Below are positions 26,511-40,209 of a DNA stretch of 64,000 bases, in pieces. The DNA lies in NCBI GenBank assembly GCA_951406725.2, contig OX597814.1, positions 138,322,001 through 138,386,000 of the forward strand, in the 5' to 3' direction. The stretch is from Octopus vulgaris (lineage: Eukaryota). The position numbers and the translations under genes are program-made. The notes beneath the pieces were generated by a model, which saw nothing but the letters and a program-made list of their open reading frames with translations, was not told the origin of the DNA and made no database searches. Each line of letters opens with the position of its first letter. The first letter of the stretch is position 1.

Positions 26511-26766
26511 CGGTGGTTCATGGTTGAGGTCCATATGGCCCTTAGGGGGGTCTATACAAGATTTTATTGTAAAATTTTATCTGTAATAAATAGGCTATAC
26601 TTCTACAATACATAAAATATTTTTACAGTTTAATACATTTCCTAACGATATTTAATTATAAAAGTATGTGATTTTTTAAAACATCGAATGGCTAGGAGGG
26701 TCCATCTGAGTAAAATAGGAATCAAAGGAGTCCTTAGATAAAAAAAAAAAATGTTGAGAAACACTG
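26511..26766. mobile_element. hAT-type MITE
   Basis: Exact 8-bp TSD atttattt (26503-10, 26767-74). Ends cggtggttc / gagaaacactg. Related copies near 24070-24316 and 40850-41398. Confidence 0.75.
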
Positions 26767-27502
26767 ATTTATTTGATCAGTGTTGGAAGAGTATAAGACA
26801 GAATCAACAAGGTCATAATGTGACTGTCTCCGATGAAGCACTGGAGCATTTACTCTTTAGCTTTTCTCCTTTGAACATCAACCTAATAATATTAACTGTG
26901 AACATCCCTTAGCCTTTTGTTGTCTTTTGTATTTGACTTGCTTTATGGTTTATGTAAGTGTGTTTGGGTGTGTGTGTGCATCTGTGTGTGTGTGCATGTG
27001 TGTGTGTGTGTGTGCGAGTATGTGTGACCTTGAAATGTCAGTCCTATGCCTGCAACCATATAGCTATATCTATGTCCGTCTGTTTTTGTTTCATATACAC
27101 ATTCACATAGACACACACACACACACACTCACACACGCACATACACGTGCTCATGCATACATATACACATGCTCGAGTGAACAGATTTTCTAAATACAAA
27201 CGTACTGTAATACAATGGAGGTACACTAAACTTTGCTAGAGTTCATTGCGTCCAACAGTTGACTGCTATTGCTGTTATTGTTGCGTAAATGTTTTGTTTG
27301 TTGGAGATTGACTTGGTTAACACTGGAAACACTAGAAAATGTGCAATGTAATATCTTGTTCTTTGTATTTGTTACCATTATCATCATCATCATCATAATC
27401 ATGATCATCATCATCAATTAATGTCTGTCTTCTATGCGGCATGGGTTGAACAGCTTGATGGGAGCTGGCAAACCAGACCACTCAGTCAAGACCTGCTGTC
27501 TG

Positions 27503-27955
27503 TTTTGGTATGGTTTTTATAGCTGGATGCCCTTCCTGACACCAACCACCTTACAGAGTGGACTGAGTGCTTTTGGCATGGTTTCTATGGTTGGATGCCC
27601 TTCCTAATGCCAACCCCTTTATAGAGTGGACTGGGTGCTTTTCACATGACACCCGTGACTGCCATGGTATGTTTTGGCATGGCTCTCATGGTTGGATGCC
27701 CTTCCTAATGCCAACTCTTTTATAGAGTGGACTGGAGGCTTTTCATATGACACTGAGACTGTCAAGGTCTGTTTTGACATGATTTCCATTGTTGGATGCC
27801 CTTCCTGATGCCAATGCCTTTATAGAGTGGACTGGGTGCTTTTCACAAGACACCAAGACTGTCAAGGTCTGTTTTGGCATGGTTTCCATGGTTGAATGTC
27901 CTGCCTAATGCCAGCCCCTTTACAGAGTGGACCGGGTGCTTTTCACATGACATTG
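27503..27955. repeat. Minisatellite of about five 70-100-bp units derived from family C
   Basis: ttttggcatggtttc..ggttggatgcccttcctaatgccaac...tagagtggactgggtgct repeated at about 27503, 27571, 27672, 27771 and 27871. Confidence 0.85.
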
Positions 27956-30900
27956 TGAATGAGTTTGTCTTTGGGAGTGATTGAAATAATGATTACAACA
28001 ACAACAACAAAACAACATAAATAATACGACAATGAAACAGATGGGTGATGGTGGTGGCAGTGGGAGAGAAGTTAAAATTGTTATAAACAAGGCATGACTG
28101 TGAGGTTATGAAGCTTGCTTCCCAACTGTGTGGTTTTGGACAAGTGTCTTCTACCAAAGCTCCAGGGTGAGCAAAGCCTTGAGAGTGGATTTGGTAGACA
28201 AAAACTTGTGTAAGCCTATCGTTTGTGTGTGTGTGTGTGTGTGTGAATGCCCTCGTTCTGACATCATGTGATGGTTGTAAACAAGCTTCAATGTTGTACG
28301 TGTGATGTTGTTTGTTTTTAGTTTTCCATTGAGAAATATGTCTGGCCATGGGGAAAATATTACTTTGGTTGGATACAGGTGAGAGTTGGCAACTAGAAGG
28401 GCATCTTGCTGTAGAAAATCTACCACAACAAATTCTGTCTGAGCCAAGCAAGCATGGAAAAGTGCATGTTGTTGTTGTTGATGATGGTGATGATGATAAT
28501 GATGGTGGTGGTGGTGGTGAAGGAAAAATAAATCCAAGTTTAATAGACGTCTATACTTATGATAGACTTCTATATTTTCAGCCTTTATACTCAGACCTTT
28601 ATGAAAACCAGATGTCTGGATATAATGGCAAACTGGAATTAAGTCTGTACCTAAACATTTCTAAGATTGGCCCAGTGCCCATTTCTGTTTGCTAGATGAA
28701 ATGAAGTCATCATCACTGTCATTGTCTTTTGGTCCCATTTTTTCATACTTCTTGAAGCAGTATTTTATGGATGGATGCACTTCCTGATCTCAACTGTTAC
28801 TTGTCTTTGAGTAAGGTATTTTATTTTGCTCGTATTCACATGTCTAACTGCCAAGTTGTAGGGCCTATTGCTTTTGTGGAATATAAACAAACATCACTGC
28901 TGCCTGAGCTGTGTCAATGCAAAAACACATGGAGGGGGAAGGGGAAGGAAAGAAGAAAGAGAGAGAGACCCTCCACAAATACATCACACAATGCTTTTTC
29001 ATGTAATTTCTGTTGACCAAATTCCACTTGCAAAGCATTAGTTAACCTTAGGCTATGCTAGAAGACACTTTCTCCATGTGCCTTGCCATAGGATCAGGCT
29101 TAAAACCATGCAGTTGTAAAGTAAACATCTTACCCACATTGTCATTCCTGTATGTATGTGATAATGTAGAATAACTAGTTTTATAATCTTGTGTTGAAGA
29201 GTTCAGTAAGAGGACGGAATAGTACTATCCATGACTACAAGAGACTTTAAGGACTTGATCACATGAAAAAATAAAATAATTATATGGAAATATATGTATA
29301 CTCTTTTCACTCTTTGCACGTAAAAAGTACTAAGTCCACTCTGCTGAGTGGTTGGCGTTAGGAAGGGCATCCAGTTGTAGAAATCCTGTCAAAATGGTCA
29401 CAGAAGTCTGGTGCAGGCTTCTGCCTGTCCAGCTCTTGTGAAACCATCCCATCCATGCTAGTATGGAAGGTGGTCATTAAACGATGATGATGACGACAAT
29501 GACGATGACAACGATGATGACAACAATGATGATGACGACGATAATGATGACGATGAGCATGATGATGATGACAATGATGATGATGATGATGATGACGATG
29601 ATGATGATGATGACGATGACAATGACGATGATGATGATGATGATGATGATGACGATGACGCTGACGATGAAGATGATGATGATGGTGATTTCTCAACATA
29701 AGAAAACTAAACTTAGAAGTGATTTTTCTCCTTAAGTAGCAATTCCCAGTAATTCTACCACATGCAGAGTCATGATTTTGTCCAGAAACACAAGGAAAAT
29801 GCAGCAGTGGATTTGAAATTCATCCACAATGTTTACTGTATTTGATGGCATAAAAGATGCATGGGCATATTAAATGCATCTCAATTTCAGCAACAGATAT
29901 TAAGGGAAAATGGTTTTCAGTGTATTAATGAATGTAATATAGTTTCTTATAGGATCCGGGGTGATTTTTTGGGACACTTTATTGGACAAAAAGTATGTTT
30001 TTTATGCCATCAAATACAACACAAAACAACTTTGTCATTTCAAGTTAATCAGTACACATATCAGTGAAATAGTTTTGTTTCCCTATATATCTTTGTTTTC
30101 TAAATTTCAAATAATGCACTTGAAACTCTCAAAGTCCTTACAAGCACTAGGGATTATATTACAATCTCTTGTTATCTTTCATGGCCATCCACATGTCTAT
30201 AACATTACCAAAATCTCAAACTATAAACTAAGTATTTTTTTGAGCTATTCAATATTTGGTTCTGAAAAGCCGTTGAACCTCTTGAAACCTCAAGTGTTAC
30301 TCATATTGAAGGAATGCTCATATATCTGGGATTCTGCTGGTGCTTTATAGATGAACAAACATCCTAGACAATATCAAAGAGAAGGCTGCCTTGTAGATTT
30401 GACAAAGATTCACCCACCACCAACTTGCAATGACCACCGGCACACATATGCCTTGTTTCTTATTTTTGCTTCTTATATTATACCTATAGTGTCCTCAGTT
30501 CCTATTAACTAGCAAATTCTATATCACTTCTTCCAAGCCCATCTGATGCACCAACCTTCACAAATCTTGTAACTTTTGGCAAAAATATATAGCTAGGACT
30601 ACATCCCAGTGACAGGCCCTTTCCTTCAGAGCCATAAGATCCTCCAGCCCCCAACAGCTATTGCTGCTCTACAAAGCTCAGATGGGGCTCACAATTGAAT
30701 ATTGCTCTCACATATGAGGCAGCATTGCTGCTGTACACACTGGCTGCCTAGACTTCATCTGGAAAAGGGCCACCTGACTAATTGCCATAAATAGAGTTAC
30801 TCACAGACATGTTTCAGCCTTAGTCTTATTGGTGTGCTATCTCCTCTTATTGGTGAACTATGAAAATGGCCTCTGTTCATTGAATTGTTCTACACATCTC

Positions 30901-31948
30901 TCTTCCACACTTCATACTTATTGCATCACACTCCAGGCTCACACTAACCCTATGTTCAGTCCTTCTTCCACACAACATTATCCCTCTGGAATTTTCTTCC
31001 TTTCCATGTCTTTCACCAAGGGTCTTGGTTTGCAAAAACTCAAGAGGAACATTAATGGTGTAATCTCGCTGGCAGAGGAGGGCCTACAAGAGCCATGGGC
31101 ACTACTCCATGACTGCAGCCCCCAGCAAGTGCAAAAAAAAAAAAGTTTGAAATTGTGGCACAAACCCAGTCATTTTAGGGATGAGGATTTTGTTGGTTAC
31201 ATTGACTCTCAGTACTAGTAAGCGCTTTGTCTAATGCACCAATGGTTCTGCCAGTTTGTCTGCTTAATAATAATAATAATGATTTCAAATTTTGGCACAA
31301 AGCCTGCAATTTCAGGGTGGTAAGCTAATTACGTCAATGCCAGAGAGTTCAACTGGTATTTATTTCATTATCCATGAAAGAGTAAAAAGACATAGGAGTG
31401 GCTGTGTGGTAAGTAGCTTGCTTACCAACCACATGGTTCCGTGTTCATTCCTTCTGCTATAGCTTCAGGCCGACCAAAGCCTTGTGAGTGGATTTGGTAG
31501 ACAGAAACTGAAAGAAGCCTGTTGTATATATGTGTATGTATGTATGTGTATATATATATATATATATGTTTGTGTGTCTGTGTTTGTCCCCCAACATCAC
31601 TTGACAACCGATGGTGGTGTGTTTATGTCCCCGTAACTTAGTGGTTCAGCAAAAGAGACCAATGGAATAAGTCCTAAGCTTACAAAGAATAAGTCCTGGG
31701 GTCGATTTGCTCAACTAAAGGTGGTGCTCCAGCATGGCTGCAGTCAAATGACTGAAACAAGTAAAAGAGAGTAAAAGAGAGTATCATCATCATTGTTTAA
31801 CATCCATTTTCTATGCTGGCATGGGTTGGACGGTTTGACAGGAGCTGGCTTGCCAGGGAGCTGTCCAGTCTCCAATTGTCTGCTGTGGCATGGTTTCTAC
31901 GAATGGATGCCTTTCATAATGCAAAATCTAATAATAATGATAATAATG

Positions 31949-31994
<46 letters not shown>

Positions 31995-32214
31995 TAATAG
32001 TAATAATAATGATAATAATAATAATGATAATAATGATGATAATCATCCTTTCTACTAAAGGCACAAGGTCTGAGATTTTGAAGGAGGGGACTAGCTGGTT
32101 ACATCAACCCCAGTGTTTCACTGGTACTTAATTTATCAACACTGAAAGGATGAAAGGCAAAATCAAACTTGGTGGAATAATAATAATAATAATAATAATA
32201 ATATTAATAATAAC

Positions 32215-32262
<48 letters not shown>

Positions 32263-32385
32263 CAATTTAAATTTTTTTAATTTTAATTTTTTTTAATTTT
32301 TAATTTTTTAAAATTTTATTTTATTCATTTATTTATTTATTATTTATTTATTTATTTATTCTTTCTTTCTTTATTTATTTATTTA

Positions 32386-32534
32386 TTAGACATTCACTAG
32401 TACAACACCAAAAAACCCAAATATATGGCACACTAGGCATAACAACAACGTGACCTTCCAACTTGTTGTCTCTTGAGGTCTCTGAGTGAGACTTGGAGCC
32501 AACTTATACAAATATGAAGCAAAAGTCAAACATA

Positions 32535-32597
<63 letters not shown>

Positions 32598-32880
32598 TAA
32601 TAAAAGAAATAGTCAAAGAAAAATCCCAGCAATGGTTGAGAAGCTCAGGACTATCATAGTAGGTGCATTAGGCATGATAAAAAAATATTCAGACAAATAC
32701 ATAACAAACACACCAGGACTTACAAACACATATAACATACAGAAAATTGCACTACTGGGCACTGCCCACATCCTATGCAAAACACTTTCAATACAGTAAC
32801 TATCAGAGCATCACAACAAAACACAGCACACAGAGCTGCGCTCGGTAGTGAAGTGAAAGCACGATATAAAAAAAAAACTA

Positions 32881-32938
<58 letters not shown>

Positions 32939-33234
32939 GATCTGGAGATAGAGGTAACTTGAATGTGGAGCCTAAAAGCAGAAATAATTCCTATTATAGT
33001 AGGTGCATTAGGTGTGATAGAAAAGCATTCAGATAAATGCATAATAAAAATGCCAGGACTTACAAGTATATATGACATACAGAAAATAGCACTATCAGGC
33101 ATCGCACACTTTCTACGTAAAACACTTTCAATACAGTGAAAGGAAGAGCACCACAACAAACCACAGCACATACCTGAGGCACACAGAGCTGTGCTTGGTA
33201 GTGGTGTGAAAGCACATGATTAAAAATAAGACTA

Positions 33235-33310
<76 letters not shown>

Positions 33311-33743
33311 TAGAGAAATTAAGGCCAACAGACCAGATATAGTTGTCAGAGATCATGAAGAAAAAAAAAGCTTTCTAATTGATGTATCAATACCGGCTGA
33401 TGACAACGTGTCTCTAAAAGAAATGGAGAAACTCTCAAAATACAAAGACCTGGAAATAGAGGTAACTAGAATGTGGAATCTGAAAACAGAAACAATTCCT
33501 ATCATAGTAGGTGCATTAGGCATGATAAAAAAAAATATTCAGACATATACATAACAAAAACACCAGGACTTACAAACACATATAACATACAGAAAATTGC
33601 ACTACTAGGCACTGCACACATCCTACGCAGAACACTTTCCATACAATAACCATCAGAGCATCACAACAAATCACAGCACATACCCAAGGCACACAGAGCT
33701 GCGCTCGGTAGTGAAGTGAAAGCACGCTATAAAAATAAAACTA

Positions 33744-33750
<7 letters not shown>
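32386..33750 (+). mobile_element. Head-to-tail cluster of four 5'-truncated Dong/R4 3' ends inside a (TAA)n array (about 32386-32536, 32650-32885, 32937-33238, 33310-33748)
   Basis: Translations RPDIVV, KYKDLEIEVTRMWNLKTETIPIIVGALG and QKIALLGTAHILR. Each piece ends in (TAA)n. The first piece matches the 3' UTR at 50275-50425. Confidence 0.88.
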
Positions 33751-33822
<72 letters not shown>

Positions 33823-35146
33823 GTTTCAAATTTTGGCTCAAGGCCAGCAATTTTAGGATTGGGTGGTGGGTGAGTAAATAACATCATTTCTCTGCCCAAC
33901 TGGTGCTTATTTAATTGACTCTGAGAAAATGAAATGCAAAGTCCAACCTTGGTGGCTTTTGAATTCAGAACATAAGAACCCAGAAGAAACGCTGCTAAGC
34001 ATTTTGTCTAATGAACTAATGATTCCACCAGGTCAAAAACAAAACCTTCTCTAAATGTTTCTTATTTCTTTATTGCCTACAAGGGGCTAAACATAGAGGG
34101 GACAAACAAAGACAGACAAAGGGATTAAGTCGATTACATTGACCCCAGTGCGTAACTGGTACTTAATTTATTGACCCCGAAAGGATGAAAGGCAAAGTCG
34201 ACCTCAGTGGAATTTGAACTCAGAACGTAACAGCTGATGAAATACCATTGAGCATTTCGCCTGGCGTGCTAATGTTTCTGCCAGCTCGCCTTCTCTAAAT
34301 GTTTCCATCATACTGATGCGATTGAATCTGAATATGAACATTTCCTCACCTTGCCAATCAGACAAAACCTACAAGGTTATGGGTTCAATTCCTGCTTCAC
34401 TGAAATCTCTTAGCTCACATAAAATACACCCACATGTGCGGGTGGCACATAAAAAGCATCATCCGAACGTGGCCGATGCCAGCGCCGACTTGACTGGCTT
34501 CTGTGCCGGTGGCACGTAAAAAGCACCAACTGATCGTGGCTGTTGCCATCCTCCCCTGGCACTTGTGCCTGTGACACGTAAAAAGCACCCACTACACTCA
34601 TGGAGTGGTTGGCCTTAGGAAGGGCATCCAGCTGTAGAAACACTGCCAGATCAGACTGGGGCCTGGTGCAGCCTCCTGGCTTCCCAGACCCCGGTCGAAC
34701 CGTCCAACCCATGCTAGCATGGAAAGCGGATGCTAAACGATGATGATGATGAGGATGGTGATGATGATGATGATAAATGTACAACTTATGAGCACTTATA
34801 CTTTTGTATCAGGTGCACACAGTCATGTGTTTGTCTGTCTGTGTGTGTGAAAATGTACTGTACTGTTTACAAAATAACCTACATAGTTTTTTGGCTACAA
34901 TAACAGGACATTACCATAACTATTTCACCATTGTAGTACCGCAACTATGTTTCATGGGCAACAACAATAACAATAACACACTTGTTCATTTCAGTGTTTC
35001 TTTAAAGCTCTTTATTCTTTATTTATTTGTTTAGTCACACTAGGAAATAACTAGACAACAGTTGTGCGATAGTGAGAATATCATTATCATCAGCATCATC
35101 ATCATAATAATAATCATCATCATCATCATTGTCATCGTTGCTGTCG

Positions 35147-35177
<31 letters not shown>

Positions 35178-36295
35178 CATCAGCAGCATCATCAGTGTTG
35201 CTGTCGTTGTAGTCATCATGATTGTCGTTGTTGTAATTGTCATTCTTATCCTTGTTGCTATTCCTCCTTCCAACCGCCACTCACCACCACCACCACCACC
35301 ACCATCACGGTGGCCTTAACCCTCTTCTTCCTCCTCCTTCTCTCCTTCATTACCTTTATTGACAGTCATAACTGTCATTACCCCTCTTCCTCCTCCTCCT
35401 CCTCACCATCTTTGTCATTGTTTTAATTGGATCCCTCCTTTTCTTCCTCATTCCTTTTACTGAAATTTTTTGTCACCATCGTCATATCTTCTGCATGTCA
35501 TCATCATCATCATCATCACCATCACCAAAACTACCACTGTGGTGCAACCGTCACTGCATTTAAAATGTCTGGATGCACAGACATAAACTGCACTAGCATT
35601 ATACGTGCACCACTTCACAGGCAGGTTTACATAGAAAAGCAACAACAACAACAACAACAAAAATCACCAAAGTAGACTTTTGAAATGACAACGGGACAGG
35701 AAATTATAGAGGCAGGCTTTTGACATAGTTGCAGCATAAAGAAGGGTGTAAAGGACAGGGTATATAATATAACCTTGAACTCAGGATCAGTAAGACACAA
35801 TAACGAGCATGGTAAACACAGCAAGTTGATTCTAGATTGTAGATGCTGTTCGTCTCTAGGGATGATGATGACTACGACAATTATGGTGGTGGTAGTGTGG
35901 TGGCGATGATGGTGGTGGTGGTGGTGGTGGTGGTGATGGTGGTGGTGGTGGTGGTGGTGGTGGTGATGGTGGTGGTGGTGGTGGTGGTGGTGGTGGTGGT
36001 GATGGTGGTGGTGGTGGTGGTGATGGTGGTGATGGTACTGGTACTGGTGGTGGTGGTGGCAGTAAATGTGATAGCAGTGGTGTTATGGTTTACCACACAG
36101 TGGCTGTGTAGTAAAAAGCTTACTTCCCAACCACATGGTTCCGGTTTCAGTCCCACTGCAATGGCACCTTGGGCAAGGGTCTACTAGTATAGTCTTAGGC
36201 CGACCAAAACCTTGTGAGTAGATTTGGTAGATGGAAACTAAAAGAAACCTGTTGTGTATATATATATATATATATATACACACAGCATATGTATA

Positions 36296-36342
<47 letters not shown>

Positions 36343-36936
36343 GGATGAATCAATTATCTTTTGTTACCGTTAACATGGAAAATTCAATAAACAGTTACCA
36401 GGGTAGCAAAATTCACACAAGTAACAAGGATGTAGCGACCTATTCAAAGGTAGAAACTCTGGGTTAATGTGCAGTAATTTGTATAGTATAAGTAAATAAA
36501 TGGAGTTGAACGCAATATATCTATATATATATATTTATATATATATATATATGTAAAAAGCACCCACTACACTCACGGAGTGGTTGGCGTTAGGAAGGGC
36601 ATCCAGCCGTAGAAACACTGCCAGATCTGACTGGGCCTGATGAAGCCTTCCAGCTTCACAGACCCCAGTTGAACCGTCCAACCCATGCTAGCATGGAGAA
36701 CGGACGCTAAATGATGATGATGATGATGATGATATATATATATATATATATATATTTACATATATATATATATATATATATTACATATATATATATATAT
36801 TTATAAGTTCAGCAAACAATTTAGATTCAAATGAATATGGTACTTAATTTAGATGCACCAGGATTTTTTATGGTATTACCCATAAAAATATGCGGGGTGA
36901 TTATGATCAAAATTAAGCAACAAGAATGGATCCAGT

Positions 36937-37028
36937 AATTTAGTACAATTGTTTCATACTATAACATTTTATTAAAAGCTGTAAATATTACAGCAGATAT
37001 AATATGTCAAGTAATCTTCAGCTAATTT
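36937..37028 (-). ncRNA. Candidate type I hammerhead ribozyme (Penelope/retrozyme-like minimal type) with extended stem II
   Basis: Minus strand reads aaattag-CUGAAGA-u-uacu.ugacau...auguua.u.agua-u-GAAA-caauug-UA-cuaaauu. Core intact, GUA triplet, palindromic stem III, stem I uuag/cuaa. Confidence 0.65.
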
Positions 37029-37202
37029 CATATAGATTTTCCAATAATATAAAGTAACATCCAAGAGAAGGTAAATATACAGACAAAGATGTAGATATGA
37101 ATTTCAGGAACATGAGGTAGTATAGTTAGGATGCCAAACTGACCAAAATTAAGTTCACAACTAACTGTTGTAAGAAAAATTTCCTTAGTTATAGTGTATA
37201 TA

Positions 37203-37249
<47 letters not shown>

Positions 37250-37264
37250 CACACAATATATTTA

Positions 37265-37314
<50 letters not shown>

Positions 37315-37492
37315 GGTTAGTTGAGTTAGAGGTTAATATTAACCATCTAAGGAACAGAGGTATCCATTACACTAGGTATATTGCCTATATTTAACTATGG
37401 ACATACATATGCAAGCATATTATGTTCATTAGTTATAAGTAAAGACAAGGATAATCATGGCTTTATCAACAATCAAAATTTTTTGTTTTCTT

Positions 37493-37551
<59 letters not shown>

Positions 37552-38288
37552 TTGTACATTTGCGTTTGTCTCCTCCCCATCAACCATTGCTTGACAACCA
37601 ATGTTGGTGTGTTTACGTCCCTGTAAAATTAGGTTTACATGCCATCCCCCTTTATGATTTTATGCTAAAAGTCAAGAAGTTGGGAGGGATCTAGACAGTT
37701 ATGTTTCAATGAAACAGTTTGGTCCTCAAGATCCTGGAAGTTCTTAAACTGAACTTGTAGATTTAAATTGTTTGAAAATCTTGTGGATGGTGACATGACT
37801 TGGAAGTTTCCAAATTTTAGGATTTTTCTGTCAGTTTTTAAGGAAATATCTATTCTCTCATCAAATGATAATGTCATTTTTCTAAAATATATAAAGCAAC
37901 ATGTAAATCAAAACTATTTAGAACAAAGCAAAAATGGCATTAAAAACATAAAATCTAGGTTCAGTCCTACTGTATGACCTTGAGCTAACCAACCCTGTGT
38001 GAGTGGATTTGGTAGATGAAACTGTATGGAAGCCCATTGTATGTGTGTGTGTGTGTATGTGTTTTGTACTCTTTGTGTTGATTTGTTTATGCTCTTGTAA
38101 CTTTGCAGTTCATAAAAAACCCCCCAAAAAACGAGTGATAGAACAGGTACCAGGCTTTAAAATAAAATAAATACTGGGGTTGATTTGTTTGACTAAACCT
38201 TTCAAGGTAGGGCCCCAGCATGGCCACAGTCCAGTGACTCAAACAAAAATATCTTTTAGCTTATGAAGGGACCTGCGAATAACCCATA

Positions 38289-38706
38289 GGCGCAAAAGTG
38301 GCTGTGTGGTAAGTAGCTTGCTTACCAACCACATGGTTCCGGGTTCAGTCCCACTACGTGGAACATTGGGCAAGTGTCTTCTACTATAGCCTCGAGCCGA
38401 CCAAAGTCTTGTGAGTGGATTTTGTTGGTGGAAACTGAAAGAAGCCTGTTGTATATATGTATATATATATATATGTATGTGTGTGTATATGTTTGTGTGT
38501 CTGTGTTTGTCCCCTCAACATCGCTTGACAACCTATGCTGGTGTGTTTACGTCCCCATAACTTAGTGGTTCAGCAAAAGAGACTGATAGAATAAGTACTA
38601 GGCTTACAAAGAATAAGTCCTAGGGTCGATTTGCTTGACTAAAGGCAATGCTCCAGCATGGCTGCAGTCAGATGACTGAAACAAGTAAAAGAGTAAAGAG
38701 AGAGTA
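38289..38706 (+). mobile_element. SINE family B (tRNA head, CORE-like ggcaccttgggcaagtgtct, internal TA/TG microsatellite, 3' tail); other copies at 16964-17432 (-), 31392-31782, 42524-42950 (-), 48084-48520 (-)
   Basis: gtggctgtgtggtaag...gggttcagtccc boxes and a conserved tail ccagcatggctgcagtcaaatgactgaaacaagtaaaagag in many copies. Confidence 0.88.
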
Positions 38707-38826
38707 ACCCTGTGTATTGTGTTTCTGAAATTGGACCCTAAAATTTCCATAATTGTCAAATAGAAAATTTATATATGATGTTTAATTTGATTTCAAAATA
38801 ATGATTTTTCTTGATTTTAATTTCAG

Positions 38827-38963
38827 AACCACATTTCAAGCGTAACAACATTGTGATCAGTTTCAAAAATAATGTCACAGAAGAATATCAAAACTTCAAC
38901 ATTATAGAGAGTTTGAAGTTTGGGAAGTTATGTGAACATACAAAAGAACATATTTTGATTGAT
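38827..38963 (+). CDS. PALD1: Paladin-like coding exon 2: (K)PHFKRNNIVISFKNNVTEEYQNFNIIESLKFGKLCEHTKEHILID
   Basis: tttcag acceptor, gtaggt donor, 137 nt (phase 1 to 0). Resembles the paladin N-terminal segment (..EEFQ..LGRL...PEHYLV..) as I recall it. Confidence 0.85.
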
Positions 38964-40209
38964 GTAGGTTTTTAGTGATTTTGTTCTGCTTCTTTTTTGT
39001 CATTTAAACCCATTGATTTTAACCCATTTTTAATATGTAAGCCAGTATCTCGGACAGTTTTGGTGGTAGTGATGTTACGACGGCTTTGGTATTGTATTGA
39101 TGTTAATTTTTATTCACCTTTTGAGAGATGAAAAGTAAAGTTGATTCCATGACCGTCTTTTCTATAAAGCTCATTTCAAGAGCTTATCAACATGGTTGCT
39201 CTTTGATCTAGATATATGCTCCTTCTTAGGCATGTGAACTCTCACCTCCTCTTCCGTTAATCTTGCCATAATGTAGGAAGATGTATAGCAAGGAATACAT
39301 TATTATACATATCAGTTTACTTGAGCCAAGCTATGAATGCCACAAATGTCATGAAAGAGGAAGTGTTTATGTAGTTGCAAAACTTGTTCAAAACATCAAT
39401 CAAATCTCTCCATGTCTGCCTTACTGATTTACATTCATAAATCATTTATTTTAAGTTTTAATTCCTAGAAATAATGATAAAATGCTTTCTTCAGTTGTTT
39501 TTTCTCCATTCCTTAACTTTGTTCAATACAGGCAAACTATTACAGTCACCAGAATGATTAGTTATCTGAAATAACAGATTTTTTCCACTCCTTGAAGTAA
39601 CCAAACTTCATGACTGTATGCTTGGATTTTATAGTGCATATAATTTGGTAGAAGTACAGCTAACCTGAAGTACATATATTTTCGCTCAAGTACAGCTGAC
39701 CTGAAGCACACAGCTTTACTCGATACAGAAATCCTGAAGCCAGTCATGGCTCTGCTCAGGTACATCCAACATGAAACTCACCATAACTTTGTTCAAGCTT
39801 ACAGTTAATCTGTGACATATAGAACATGACTCAAGTGCAACTGACCTGGGCACCCAACAATAACAGCTACTCATGTGTGACTGTCTTTAGGATGGCATTG
39901 ACTAAGGATTCCTAAATGCTCACTAGCTACCATGAGCTTTGCTTATTAAAACCCTTGCTGGTCTTGGGATTGTTATCTTTGCTATATAACATTGGCACTT
40001 TAGCATTAGTGAGGTTGCGATGATGTGCATTGGCAAAATTGAGCTGAACCGAAAAACTGGAAATGCATATGTCATGAGGGGAAGTAGAGATAAACATATT
40101 GAATTTGTCATTGTTTTCACCATTATTCTTTGATGAGTAAATGCCTTGCTAATTATGTGATGTCAGCATGCCATCTCAAAGCACAGTGACATTCTTCTCT
40201 TCAGTTCAA

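Noticed and set aside
29837-30018. 19-bp perfect inverted repeat tgtatttgatggcataaaa
   Set aside because: Probably internal to a decayed DNA transposon. Ends and TSD could not be defined, and the overlapping ORFs have no recognisable motifs.
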